Part shown: positions 13,156-26,530 of the stretch, one piece after another
Layout of the letters: every line of letters begins with the position of its first letter
Numbering within the stretch: the first letter of the stretch is position 1
Source: Macrostomum lignano
Lineage: Eukaryota
Reading direction: 5' to 3'
Assembly: GCA_002269645.1 (NCBI GenBank)
Contig: NIVC01002779.1
Location: forward strand, 1 to 64,000
DNA: 64,000 bases
Made by a program: the position numbers and the translations under genes
The notes under the pieces: generated by a model
The model's database searches: none
What the model saw: the letters and a program-made list of their open reading frames with translations, nothing else
Told to the model about the DNA's origin: nothing

Positions 13156-16100
13156 TGTCTATAGAAACATAAGTGCTAACAGGCAACACTGATTTCTAAA
13201 ATAATGCAGGAATTTGGCCTTGCAGAATTCTTTTCTTTGTCCTTTCTACTGGAAAATTCATGGCAACACTACTGATTTAGATTTCTATTAAAGCTTTACT
13301 CTTATACAATACTCCTATATCTGCCAGCATATCCAGTATATCCAACATGAATGGATACCATTGGCAAATGTGTATTTTTACATTACAGCCATGGGAAATG
13401 ATAATATATATTGGCTAAACATTAGTGAAATATAAAAGTACTTATTTTCTTTAGCAACAATGCAATATCAATAAATGCCAAAAATATTGGTCAATGTTGC
13501 AAATATTAAATTGCTATAAAGAATTATATAAGAACAGACACAATTTTTTTATATCAAGCAATAATATTATAATATCTATATCCATATACTAAAATTCATG
13601 GAACTAAAGCTAGGTTTAGAGTGAAATTTATAAATTTTAGTTAATTTGTCTAAGTCTAAATTTTAAACATTTGTTTATTTATAATAATATTATTATTTAT
13701 ATTATGAAATAAAATTAGTTTTAATTGTGACGAGGAAAATGATGAGTTCAAATAACAAAGCTTTGTAATGATGTCTTTGATTTTAAGCATATATATAGAC
13801 AAAATCTATTACATTTACATTTATGTTATGTTATTGATATTAATATGATATCTTATTGTATTCAAGCATATAAAGCTAAAACTATTTGAGTTTATTCTCT
13901 GGGCAAAATAATGATAACAAAGCAAAAAATTATTGCAATGAATTGTCAATTGGTAAGAGTTTGAAGGGTAGGACTAGGAGCAAGGAGCATATAAGTTAGG
14001 ATATTAATTTCTTATAATATATTAATACATTAGGGCCTACTTATCTATGTATAGACTTTTTCCATTGAATACCTAACCAGTTACACTGTTAAGTTTTTAA
14101 AGCTAAGGGGTCTATATTATATTAGTCATCCATATATTAAATTGAGTTACTTCTCAAAATGAAGAATATATCAAATTGTAATAATAGATGGTTAATAAAC
14201 TGACTATTTAGATATTACAGTTAGATAGATAATAACGTATAGCAGAATCTATATAGCGTACGACTAAATGAATCACTCATCTGTTCTTAATAATTTAATT
14301 ATCTATAACAAAAGTTGGGTGAGTCCATTGACCATGTCGTTTCATTAGCGAGCTGTCATCTGAACATTTGGATTTAGAAACTTTCTTGGAAAATTTCTAG
14401 TTCAAATATCGAATCGTTAGTGAACTTTAAAAACGCATGAAAAATAGTGTAATAGTTTTGAATCTACACCATTGATTTCCTATTATGAATTTACAAGATT
14501 TTTCATTTGCGGGATTTCTGTGTCTAAAATTTCGTATTTAATTTGTATGTATATTGTGCATGACAAACTGGCTCTAATTCCAGGCTATTTCGAAAATGTA
14601 AGCTAGCAAATCGGTGTTTTATCCAAAGACGTAACGCCGAGACAAGGACTTCTAGACTACTAGAAGTCCTTGTCTAGAAGTCCTACTAGACTACTAGAAG
14701 TCCTAGAAGTCTAGAAGTCCTTGCGCCGAGACCCGTGCGGCCTTGTCATTTTTGGTGGGCGTTCACTTAAGTTGAAGATAGTAATACTAAAATAGAAATA
14801 ATTGGACCACTACTGCAGAAAGACATGCAACTCCCGCAATTGTGACACAGTTATATTGCTTAAAAAAGTGACTCCCTCCACTCCGGGGAGATCCCTCCAC
14901 TCCGGGGAGATCCCTCCACTCACCGCCCAGTGAAAAAAATGATATGGATTCCATGTGGATTTTTCATATGAAATCCATATGTGCATTTGTCTCCGTCCAT
15001 CCATGTGGAATCAAGATATGGATTCCACATGGAAGATCCACATGGAAGTAATTATGTATTTCACATAGAATCCACATTGTCATTGAGTAAGCAGCCATTA
15101 TACTGGTTGCCATAATAAATTGTTGCATCCTAAATCTCAAAATAATACCAGATCTCAAAATTTCATACAAACCCCAGATCTCAATACCATATAAAAGAAA
15201 CTGAAACACAGATAAAACATTAGCTATAGCCAAAAATATTTCTGCACAAAAATATATTCAAAAAGGATGTATCAATAAGTAAGGTGTATTTATGTACAGT
15301 AGTGAGTCACTGGCACACAAAGAATAAACACACTGATGTAGATATTGATATCTTTAGAGTTGCGCTGCGCATATGATATAATATATAATTTGAAATTGAC
15401 ATTGTCAATAGCATTAATTAATTAACAATAATATAATGCACCAGAATTAGAACAGTCAGAAACATGCTGCTGCCAATTGCCAGAATGCTGCTTCTTCAGG
15501 TCAGGTGAGCAACCTTAGAAAAGAAAGGGGTTAAATTACAGAATTTTATAACAGATTGATAATAGATTTTGTAATAGATTTTGATAGATTTTGATCTTAT
15601 AACAGATTTTGATGACAGAAAAAATCAGTTTATAACTAAAACTTACCATTGCTTCACAAAAGGTAGCATTCGAGATATTAAATTCCAATTCCAAGTAGCT
15701 TTGCATGCTTCTTCAAAGGCAAGACCAAGGTGACATCCAAGTTTGAGGATGGGCCATGTAATGTTAGGCTGAAATAAAATAGAAAAATAATTGTTGCCAA
15801 TTAAGATTGGTAGATTATATTGATATAATTCATAAAACTAATTTAAGGATGAATACTTAATTAAGTTTATTTTAAAATTAACTAGGCCTAAGTCCTAGGT
15901 TTATTTTTTAAGCGCAAAGTGTGCATATGCCTTTGCCAGGGGTTAGCAAAATGGGCAGCAATGCCTCCTCGCTGTTTCCGGATGCACAGAGCCCCCTGCA
16001 GCTAAGTCAAGTAAGTCAAGTGCACCTTAAATCTTAAAATTGTACCTTGAAAACTGAAATTAAAAAGTTGATACAGTTTAGGTGCGATCTCATTACCTAT

Positions 16101-16420
16101 TTTTATGTTGAAGCCTTATTTGCATTGCCTTTATATAAGAAAAAAAAAGAAACTGCATTCTAAGCCTTAAAATCATAAAACCCTAAAAGTGAGCATAGGG
16201 TATGATTTTGCACCTTGTCTCTAGCAAAAAAGAAAACCCTACCTAAGTCAATCAATAAAATAAAATTAATAAAATTAAAATAATAAGTATAGGCCTAAAA
16301 ATAATTAATATATGTTTCTATAAATTTAATTTTTTATTTTAAAATTGATTTTAGACTATAAAGTATTTAGGCAAAGCAATGCATGTTTTTTATTTTTGCT
16401 GGCCTAGTATGATTAAAAGG

Positions 16421-16770
16421 GGGGCCGTAGCCAAGTGGTAGCGCAGCTGCTCTGGTGTGCCAGCGACCCAAGCTCGAATCCAAGTGCAGTCATATTAATT
16501 TGGGGCTGAATTGGAATCTCAGCTTGGCTCTCTGCTCATGCAATTAATGGCCTTGAGAGCCAACCCCTCAAGGCACAGTGAAGTATACATGCCTAACGAT
16601 AAATAAAGCTAGGGCCACTGTACATTCCTGTGTGAGTGTGCTTGCATACATATCTAAATACTTGTGTGCCTGCTCAGGGGAGTCGGCGGAATGGGCAGCA
16701 ATGCCTCTTGCCAGTTGTGTGCCTATGTTGCTTAAAGTGCGCCAGGGTGCACACAACCCCCCTGCCTCTA
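16421..16770 (+). mobile_element. tRNA-derived SINE (second family) inside the EnSpm-like element
   Basis: A box TAGCCAAGTGG, B box GCTCGAATCC and A-rich tail near 16770. Part of the body (AATGGGCAGCAATGCCTC) recurs near 15950. Confidence 0.55.
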
Positions 16771-16808
16771 ATAAAAAAAATAGTATAATTAAACATTAGG
16801 CCTAGGCC

Positions 16809-19711
16809 TAGGGGGCGACCGGGACGGCCAAAGTCGGGCCCGGGTCGGGCCCGGGAATGAGGACTCGGGCCCGGGTCGGGCCTCGGGAATTCGGGACAAG
16901 ATCTTTAGGACAGCTCAATAATTGGAAAAAAATCATAATACATCTTAATACTTTTAGCATATGCAGATTACTATTAAATATATAATAAATATATCAATAT
17001 ATTAAATTTAATATAATATATTAAATGTATAATAAATATATGATAAACATTAAATACATTATAATATATAAATATATTAAATATATAATAATATATAAAT
17101 ATAATAAATATAATATATTATATTAAATATAATAAATATTTAAATTTAAATATAATAAATATACAATAAATATTATTATTATTTAATACATTAGTTAAGA
17201 CTTCAGAATAAGATAAGAGTTACATTAAAAGACTTAATACTCAAATATCAATATACTCAATAGTTCAAATTCAATGTCACTGTGTGAGTGTGTGGCACAA
17301 GTACTGTGTGTGTGCCAGTGACAGTGATACTAACAAGCAGTGAGGTAGGCAAGCAGTCACTGCGGCAGTGCGGCTGGCACTGGCAGTGGCAGTAAGCAAA
17401 AGAAGAAAAGCTGAAGCATTAAGTGTAAGGCACTTGGCATTGGAAGCAGTAAGGAAGTAAGAACCAAATCAATTGATTGATTCTTTTATTTGAATTTTTA
17501 GTTCCTTTACATAGCTTCAATGTAAAGAGCCATGTACACAGTCAGTATTCAGTAAGACAACAAGACAAGATAACAGAACAGAACACAAGTGAAGTGACAA
17601 CACAACACAACACTCAACTGTCTCAACAGAACAGGCAAACAGACAATGGAAATACAAGTAATTAGCTGATACCTGCCTACCTGCTCACCTACCTACTTAA
17701 ACGAATATGATTACGAATACGATACTACAAGTCTACGACTACGACTACCTACGATACAAATATGAACACGATTACAAACTCTAATAGATAGCAAACTTCT
17801 TGGAAAAATGGTAGCCTTCTTGGAATGTAAATAGGAAATGTTATTTACAAAAGCTTAAAAATGACAAATAAACTTTTTAAAGAATCATATTTTTGCTTTT
17901 AGGCTGCAGCCTGCAGCGTGTAAAGTGGAATCAATATTGCAAAAAAGTATTGCAAAACTATGTTTTAATTTTATCGTCGGTCGGTCAGTCGGTGATTATA
18001 ATCAGTTCGGACTAATCTATTCCTAATTTCCTACATCCTTTTTCCTATTCGATTTATTCCGTGGGACCGTGAGTCCGTGACTGTTCTGTTACTCGTAGTC
18101 GTACCTCGTAAACTCGTAGACGTAGACTAGTAGTAGTCGTCGTAGTACGTCGTACTTATTTTTGTGTACTTTGTTTACTTTGAGTCGTACTTTGTTTTAT
18201 CTTGTGTTGTGTACTATGAATCTATGATGCTACTACGACTAGTACTACTAGGTTTAAACTTTTTAAGAAAGTATTTTATAACAGAAAACTAAAAAACTTT
18301 TAAAGAAAACATAGTAGCATCTAGTACTGACAAGTATTACTAACTCCAAGTCTAAGGCTCCTTAATTCTTAACTCTTTTTCTGCTGGCTCGTTTGCCTTG
18401 CCTTAATTTATCAATAAAGTCCTTGCTTGCACAATTGCATTGCCATTTTGTGTAATTTTACGAATAATTTTTTAGTCAAATCAAAGTTTTACGCAATTGT
18501 CATTTGAGGAATTGACTCATTCATTTAGTCATTTGTCTTTTGCACGTGAACGTGTCATCAATCATAAGTCATGACTTATGCAACTCTGGTCTGTCTGCTG
18601 TAGCCTGTAGCTCATAGGCGTCATAGCTGTAATTTTTAGCACTCCGTCTGTAGTCCGTCACTTACGGAGTCACGATCACGACTCACGAGTCACTACACAA
18701 TCACGAGTCACCGTCACGGTCAAAACAAAACTCGCGAATCACGAATCAGTCACAAGTCACGACTCACGCCTCAGACACGACACGACTCCACTCCACGAGC
18801 CCAGAAAGTTCAAAGTCCAGTCCAGTCCACCCTCGGGCCTCGGCCTCCACTCAACTTCTCTTCTCCACTCCAGGAGTCCAGACGAAACGAAAGTGATAAA
18901 AAAGGAAAAAGTCAAAACTCAGAAGTCAGTAATCTTTTACGATGTCAATTTCAATAAATCGGTATCAGATATGATATCACTATCAGTCTATCAGTATTAC
19001 ATATATATATATACATATATCTATATTGTATGTATATTGTATGATATGTATCATCAATTTTGAACAGTATGTAATTTTATTGTCGTACATGTACACTCGA
19101 AAATTCGAATCTGACTGTTTAGTTAAGTGAGTGGGTTACTTGACTCAAGCTCGAGTGGGAGTCAGGACTCAGGACAGGAGTCCAGCTGTCCAAGACTCAG
19201 GACGGTGACGGAACGGGAACGGGAGTCGGCATCGGCACTCAGACTTGGCAGCCTGGACCTGGACTGGACATCGGGAATCGGGATGGGAGCAGCACCAGAC
19301 ATCACCGAACTTCACGGACAGCCGGGGCAGGGCAGACAGGCTTGAGCTTGACTGACACCAGTCACCAGTGACAGTGAGTGACCGACAGCTTCATAGAATC
19401 ACAGACCGCTCACAGTCAGGTCAGGTGAGGTCGAGGTGAGGTCAGTGACCGACCAGAGACAGAGATGCCTCATGCAGTCATGCCTTGCAGTTGCAGTTGC
19501 ATTTTCCTGGGGCTGGAATTAAGGGTAAATTAGTGTGAATGTGTTGAAAAATAATTTTTTCTTATTCGCACGCGGTTAGTGCCTTTAGGGAAAAAAGACT
19601 TGTCCCGATTTCCCGACTTTTTTAGGTTCGGGCCCGGGCCCGGGTCGGGCCACGATTTTGGTCGGGATTCCCGACTTTTCGGGCCCGGGCCCGGGACTGG
19701 GTCGCCCCCTA
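16809..19711 (-). mobile_element. hAT-type DNA transposon (2.9 kb) with decayed interior, nested in the EnSpm-like element
   Basis: TIR TAGGGGGCGACC at 16809 with reverse complement ending at 19711. 8-bp TSD CCTAGGCC (16801-16808, 19712-19719). Subterminal CGGGCCCGGG repeats. Weak minus-strand remnant LVILVSTRCYY near 18300 resembles the hAT ..DV.TRWNS.Y motif. Confidence 0.85.
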
Positions 19712-21879
19712 CCTAGGCCTAACCTAAGCCTAAATAGCTATGCCCTATGGCTTAAAATTAAATTCTGGACTTGGCCTAAATCAGATCAAATTTACAATAA
19801 TCATTCTTTATTTTTATTAGCAACCTTAGGGATCTGCTAGGCTAGCTATGCCAAAAGCAAGTTGCAAGTATAATTGCAAAGAATTATTTATTATTATAAT
19901 TAATAATATTGTTTTTAAAAATGCAACAAGTCCAAAAGATGCTAACAGACTTTTTTGAAGAAAATCATAAATTAATTGACTTTTAACATATTAACTAGAT
20001 TGACTAGTCACAATTCACAAAGTCAAGCTAGTCCTAACCTTAATTAAAATAGAAGGACCTAAATTGATAGTTATAGCAGGCCTAGCTCAAAATACACCTA
20101 TTAAGCATACATATAAATAGATAGGACTAATAGGTAGGACTAAGAGGAAATTATGAACTTCTAAAGGCCTATTAAGTTAAAAAAATGAGTAGCCAATCTA
20201 TGGACATGGCCATGGGATTCCTAGAAATTGGAGGCCTAGGCCTAAATAAATTTATCATGGATTTTACCAAAAGTATTAGGCCTATCTATGATAAAATACT
20301 GATTTATCTAATTTCTAATCTCATGGAGGCTATGGCCTGATAAGTTATTGCCTATAGGCTAGGTCTACTAAAATTTTTAAGGTGCTTAAATAGCCATAAA
20401 CAAGGCAATTTATCTTTCAAGGCCTTGAATCAAAACATTGACGAATATAAAATAAAATAAATTTAATTTTAAAAAGCACGAAGCGTTTTTTATTGTTCAC
20501 TTCTATTTTGTCTATTTTAACAAACAGTGTCTTATTTGCCGATTATAATTTAGCTTTAAGATATTAATTTTTACTTCAAAACATATAAATATAATAATTA
20601 ATAATAGTAATTCCCTAAAAATGTCTAAATGTGGTGTATCACAGTTTTTTACCGAAGTGGATTCCATGTTGAATCAATATACGCTTATTTCTCATGAATT
20701 CCTTGTAAATTCCACATCAACATTAGGACAGTAAAAATAAAAAAACAATGCATAAAAAATACTTTGCATACCATTATGTCATCTTTAAGTTAATAATTTG
20801 CAAAAAATAAAGAAACATTTAAATTCCACATGGCCACGTGGAACCCACGTGGAATCCATGAATCATTTTTCACTGGGCGCCCACCGAGACTCTGTGTCAC
20901 GGGGTGGACCTCGTAAGTGTGAATCTCATGACAACATCTCGGCCAATTTTTCGTGCACAAGCGGCCTAAATTTATTACATGTACATGCAGTATATGTATG
21001 GCCGCGTATCGACCAGTGAGGGCCGCGGGGGTTTCGTGACGCGAGATCCAGACGCACTTATCGCTGAGCTACATGTACCAGCTGGCCGTCCGTTCTACAA
21101 CCCTTGCATTTACGTCAAGACAGCTTAATTCGTCCTATCCTCTACTACCTTAAGGTCTAGATGCGACAGAAGGCCTGAACTAAATTTTAATATGTAAGTC
21201 ATCAATCAATTCCTCTACATTTTGTATACAGAACATATTTTGTCCCTATATCTGCAGGTTATGTATACCACACGATTGCACACACGATTTGTCACTATAA
21301 TATTACTTGTACAGTACTCGTACCTATACATGAAACAACATACAACAACATACAGACGAAGTCTGCTTTCACACCTTATTTATGCATGCTTTGTATGCAA
21401 TTTTATTCCTTCTTCCTTTGATTCTTCCCCAACGAGGTCGAGGATTGCTAGCTTATTACGCACCACTAACTTTCATCACTAAGACGAAATGAAACATTAA
21501 AAAACCGCAACTGGGACGCGAACATGTGTATGTCTATACTCTTAGATTAAATTGTAAAATATTGAGATAACAGTGTTAAACTCGAATAGGAGACTAAAAC
21601 TTTATTAAAAATTTCCGCGATTTTAAACTGTGCAATGACGTACGATTGGATATAAAATTGGTTGAATTTTTTTGATAAAAGAAAGTCTTTCGTGCAGTAA
21701 TTAAATATTTGTTTCATTCGGCATAGGCCAAGTAAGCTTTGAAAGGAAGCAAAATTAAGATCGAGTAAATCATTGAGTACATGTAAAACGGAGGCTTTAG
21801 CTGTGAGACGCTTTCTCTTAGTCAACAAGTAGTTAATTAGTCAATTTTGAGTTATATAGTTGAGTCATTGAGCTTGCAG

Positions 21880-22410
21880 CTACTTCTGCACATTCTGCAC
21901 CTTGATCCTGCTACACACCAGGCCCAATGTCTCGCACAACGGACCGCAGCAGGTATCTAGAATGAGCAGGTTGAACCGTTTCACCAGGTTCAGGTCGATG
22001 GTCTGGAACTTCAGCATCGGGGTCATGCACCAGACGTGGCAGTAGGTCAGGAAGGCGAACTGGCAGCCCCAGTAGAGGCCCAGACAGAGGCCGGTGAGCA
22101 CGGTCAGGGTCTTGTACAGGCAGGCAAAGCCGCAGTTGTAGCACTTATAGGAGTTGCTCCACAGACAGTCGATGCTGTGAGCGTGCGGCTGCTCGCCCAG
22201 AACTTCGTCAAAGTTGCTCTGTGATGAAGAAAATCAGTAGGTAGTGTCGTGAGAATATTCCGGTTCTCTTTTTGGAGCTTTGCAGCGCTACATGCACGTC
22301 GTAGTTATACTCACCCTGATGTGACTGTTGATGCTGTTTGGATCCCGGTTAACAAGGTCCACCGACGTCTCAGCCTCAGCTGCACCTCCGGACTTCTTTG
22401 GCGCGGCCAT
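21880..22410 (-). CDS. CAV: Caveolin, 144 aa; exons 22410-22315 and 22218-21880
   Basis: VDLVNRDPNSIN, then signature-like FDEVLGEQPHAHSIDCLW (canonical FEDVIAEP..HSFD.IW), a hydrophobic hairpin and a C-terminal Cys-rich segment. Phase-0 GT-AG intron. Confidence 0.93.
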
Positions 22411-22502
22411 GCTTGCAGATGTAAATTCCAGGCGACTACCTTTGGATGCTAACTAGCTCAGCTTTAAGGGCGAGTAGGGCGCACAATGCCGCAGGAGAAC
22501 GC

Positions 22503-22511
22503 ATTATATAA
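22503..22511 (-). promoter_or_regulatory. Candidate TATA box about 95 bp upstream of the caveolin ATG
   Basis: TATATAA on the minus strand within a GC-richer context. Confidence 0.4.
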
Positions 22512-23938
22512 AGCCTTCCCATGCGCTGCGCCTGTTGCCATGGTGTTGCTATGTGCACATGCTGCTCCATGTTTTCGATCTCTACTTAATACGCGCTTGC
22601 CCTCCCCTCTATGCTAACAAAAGCCAAGGGCAGAGGCTCGACTTTAGCAAGCAGTTTAGGAAAAGAAAGTAAAATAAGGCAATGGCTTATGCTGAAGCAC
22701 AGAAGAAATAGCGGTCCACTTTGCTTTTGTTTGTCAGTGAATGCAAAGGAGGCTGCTTCAAGCAAAAAAGACGAAGGCAGCCCGCGGTCCAGTATTTTGC
22801 CCCGTCGATCTGAGAACAGCTTTTCTTTACTAAGTTTACTTAAAAGGGACTTACATGTGAATGCAGCTAAAAAGGGCTATGTAGAATTTAACCCCCCTCC
22901 CGCTCGATGTTGACCAAGCTTACGGCCCTAACAACCGCTGCTGCATTATTCGAATCTTAAAAACATTGGATGCGCGTGCCAAGAAGTGAAAAAGTGAAAA
23001 GAGAATGTACAGTGTAAGGCTCTTAATTCTCGATTCTAAATACAACTTGAAAGATAAAAACATTTGTGCGTTTTTCGTTTTCTTAGAGATTCAAGTTATT
23101 AAATCCATTTTAAGATTTCTTTAAAGTCTTTCTCGGGACAGCATAAGCAAGAGTTCTAAATGACTTCGAAACAAAACGAGAATTGCCATATCGGTTGCTG
23201 AACCCGGAAGAATTCAAGACTCAGCATATTAATCACTGCATTGCATGGCAACTTAACCAAAAGACAGACCAAATAAATTTTTTTTATTTACTCAAATCTT
23301 CTTGCAAATGGACAAACTGCATAACCTACTCGTAACCAACAGTAAAACATGTTCCGTATACATATAGGTGCTATAGAATCATAAATTCAAACAAGACTTA
23401 AAGCAAAATCGAGAGGAGATCTCGTGAGAATTTGTAGCTGTGACACCACAAAATGTGCCGCCGATCTGGGACGCCGGCGTCAGCCAGCAGGCAGTGAGTG
23501 AGCGCCTATACTGTCTCTGCCAGTAGGGTGGCCCGCAGGGTCCTGCAGCGCGCGGCTGTACATTGAGAGGTATAAGTCAGTACTAAGTTTTGGCAGGCGT
23601 GGCACACATAACCATCCGGGATATCTCCTCTCCCGATACCTGTAGTTTGGCTCGCACTACAAGTTTACAAGCATAATTTGATTCAATTTGTTTGGTGCGT
23701 CAATCATACAACTGTTTGTAGCAAAAATATTGATTTATTATCGTATAGACGCATAAAACAATTAACACCCTTTAACACATGAAAAAATCCAAGAGCGGAT
23801 GAAGTATTTGGTACATAAAATTAATCGCTTTTGCGGACATGTGCGCGTGTATACGATGTATTTCAGCTGAGACAGCAGTAAACAGTATAGAAACCCGTCC
23901 CAGTGTCATCCGGCACAAAAAGTCTGCAATGCTCAATC

Positions 23939-26530
23939 TCAGTTAGCGCTCAATTCCGACGGCTTAAATACAACGCTACCGCTGTTGAAGTACTCGTCGA
24001 TAGTCTCGTCCAAGTCCAGCATCATGCGGATGACGCTGGGCAGTAGGCAGATGAAGCCAGACAGAACCAAACGCTCCGACCCAGACACCTTGGCTACGTA
24101 GGTCTCGTGCTTCAAATGAAACGGCTGGTCCTCGCGCAGGGCCTCCTTGATATTTTGAATGATCTGAAACATCTCCTTCTTACGCTTCAGCTGCTCCTCA
24201 TTCTCGCCGCCAACCCGGATCTGGGCCAGCGGGAAGGAGATGCTGGTCTCGATGACGCGCACAGACTTGCCGATTCCGCGAAGCGTATCGAAGTACTGCT
24301 CAACCAGCTTGCCATCCGGCGAGTTTGTCTTCTCCTTCTCGTAGAGGTCGATGACCTCCTTCGCGCATTTGATCGGCACCATGCTGTTGCTGCGAAGCAT
24401 CTTGAGAAAGTTGATGAGGCTGGTTAAGCTGGCCTCGTACTTTGCTTCGGCCTCGCGCAGTTTTGTACAGCAGCCGGTCTCGGAATTCTGCATGTAGTTG
24501 AGCTGGAACTGCTTCACCAGGCGGAGCATGCGGTAGCTCTTCTCTGGAATGTAAGAGGGTGCGATTGAATGGCGAAAGCTTGATTTAGAGAATAATAACG
24601 CTGTGCTCATAGCTCTACTGGGAGTAGAAAAGCATGAAAATGGTTTGCTTACCGTTCTTATCCATATCGTAAGTCTGAGGCATGGCACCCTCCAGCCATT
24701 CGGCCTCAACTTTTTTCAGTTCCGGCGGTGACAAATGAATTTTTAGCTTCATCGAGGTCACCTCCAGCTTCTTCATGGCCACCGGGGTGACGAAGCATTC
24801 CACAAAGAAGCGCTCCAGCCGACCAGATTCGTAGTCCTTTTGAAGGCGTTGCAGTGCGCTCAGACTCGAGGGGCAAACGATGCACAGGCACTCTGTGGAT
24901 TACAAATAGATGGAGGTTGAAAACCTCTTAAGAGCGTCATTGGTCGCTAAAGAGTTGCAAAATTGTAAGTACATAATAAATACGGCGTAAGCCAGGATTT
25001 TGCATTGCATGGAGGCGCGTCTTTGGGGCTGCGACATTTTTTTTTGAACGGATGCCACTTCATTTGACTGGGCTTTAGCACTAGGGGCACCAGGTCATTA
25101 CAGGCGATTGTAGATGACTTTATACTAGAATTCCATGATGGGACTTCAAGGGGATCACAAAACGCAAACGTCTTGCAATTATTATAAAATGACTGTCATT
25201 CACAGGGACCACTGATTGATCAAATCTAACTACAAAATTGCTATAAAAGTCTCTCTTGGTTCATAAGAAGAAACTCAGACACATTAATGGAGCTACCTGC
25301 ACGATCGCTCTTTCCCCACTCTCCTCGCCAGCAATGTGGAACATTTAACTAATCCTACGATCGAGCCAGTCCAACTCCCCCTCATGAGGGCAGCTGAGAC
25401 GGAGTAGTCGGTCGATATTGATTTTACTTTTTTAAAACTGTCGCTCACATCTCTATTTTTAACTTTAGTGGCCGTGGTCCAATCTTGCCTCGCATGCATA
25501 TGGAGAGGCCTGGAGGCCTAAGCACCCTGCCACTTCAACAGGGGCTGATATACTGGTCTCATTTTAGTTTGCATAGGAGTAAGACTTTACCTGTAGCTGG
25601 GGGAGGGGCAGAGCAACTCAGCGGTAAATGCGTCTGACTCTCGATCACTCCACGCCTCTCCTCACTGGTTTAATTCCATTCATTTGGGTCTTGTGTGCAC
25701 GAAAGTTGTCGCACGATTCCCCACCCATGAGGGCCAGCTCCCAAGGCACAGGGAGTGTTCATGCCTGGCGATTAGAAAGTCAGGGCCGCTGTACACCCTC
25801 TGTGAGCGTGTGCATGAGTGCGTGCTTGAGTACAGTATTGGCGCGCTTGCATGTGCTCAGGATCGAGTCAGCGGGATGGGGCAGAATTGCCTCAGCGCTG
25901 ATTGCGGGACAATTTCGCTGAAGGCATTGCACCAAAGGTAACCACAGCGCTCCTGCAATTATATCATTACATACCTTTAGCTGCAGCTTGCAGTCCTTCT
26001 GTACTGTACGCCGCAATATTTTTACAGAGCCGTAATAGAGCCAGAGTGGGAAAAGCTAAATTCAGCATTTGTATCGGTGCAGAAGTCCTTTAAATATGCC
26101 TATTAGTATAAATGAATACATTATTTTGCCGACTCTTTTAACTAGATAATGTTTAATTCAGAGAATTGAGTTGCTTGCTGGGCAAAAGTCTGGTGACTTT
26201 TCAAGGTTTCTGAATATGCTTGCAAACACGAGCTGGCACCAACTACTGCCATCACTCACTGTCCGTGAAGTATTCTATTGTGGTATCTTTCAGCGTATTC
26301 CTCTTGTCAAAGAATCCCTTCAGCTTGTGCAGCTCAGTCTTCTCAAGCATGGCAGCGAACCGATCAGACAGGTTCACCAAGAAGTACTGCCGGGAGCCGA
26401 ACTGTTCTGGGTTCACCGCCTTGGCGTCGAAAATGTCCAAGTGAATAGACAGCTCGCCTACAATGAACAGGGGAAACGTGTTTGCATTGCGCGACAGGCT
26501 ATTTCGGGTTCGGTTGGGCATCCATCGCAT
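23939..26530 (-). CDS. Multi-exon protein with a TRADD-N-like domain and an unknown helical C-terminal domain; putative death-fold exon upstream
   Basis: Firm exons 24892-24653 (CLCIVCPSSLSALQRLQKDYESGRLERFFVECF...KLKIHLS) and 24543-23939, joined by an in-phase phase-1 GT-AG intron. Candidate upstream exon about 26460/26530-26260 (YFLVNLSDRFAAMLEKTELHKLKGFF, donor GTGAGT). Intervening exons unresolved. Confidence 0.6.

Larger units (their letters stand above)
14926..20877. mobile_element. Non-autonomous TIR DNA transposon, CMC/EnSpm-like, about 5.95 kb including nested insertions
   Basis: TIRs CCCAGTGAAAAAA(A)TGAT..ATGGATTCCA at 14926 and reverse complement ending at 20877. A 2-bp flanking CG occurs on both sides. 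Many subterminal ATTCCACATGG-type repeats in both orientations at both ends. Confidence 0.75.

Noticed and set aside
16421-16495. Possible tRNA gene
   Set aside because: A and B boxes are present but there is no convincing cloverleaf and it continues into a SINE-like body; the same holds for the head at 56830-56895.
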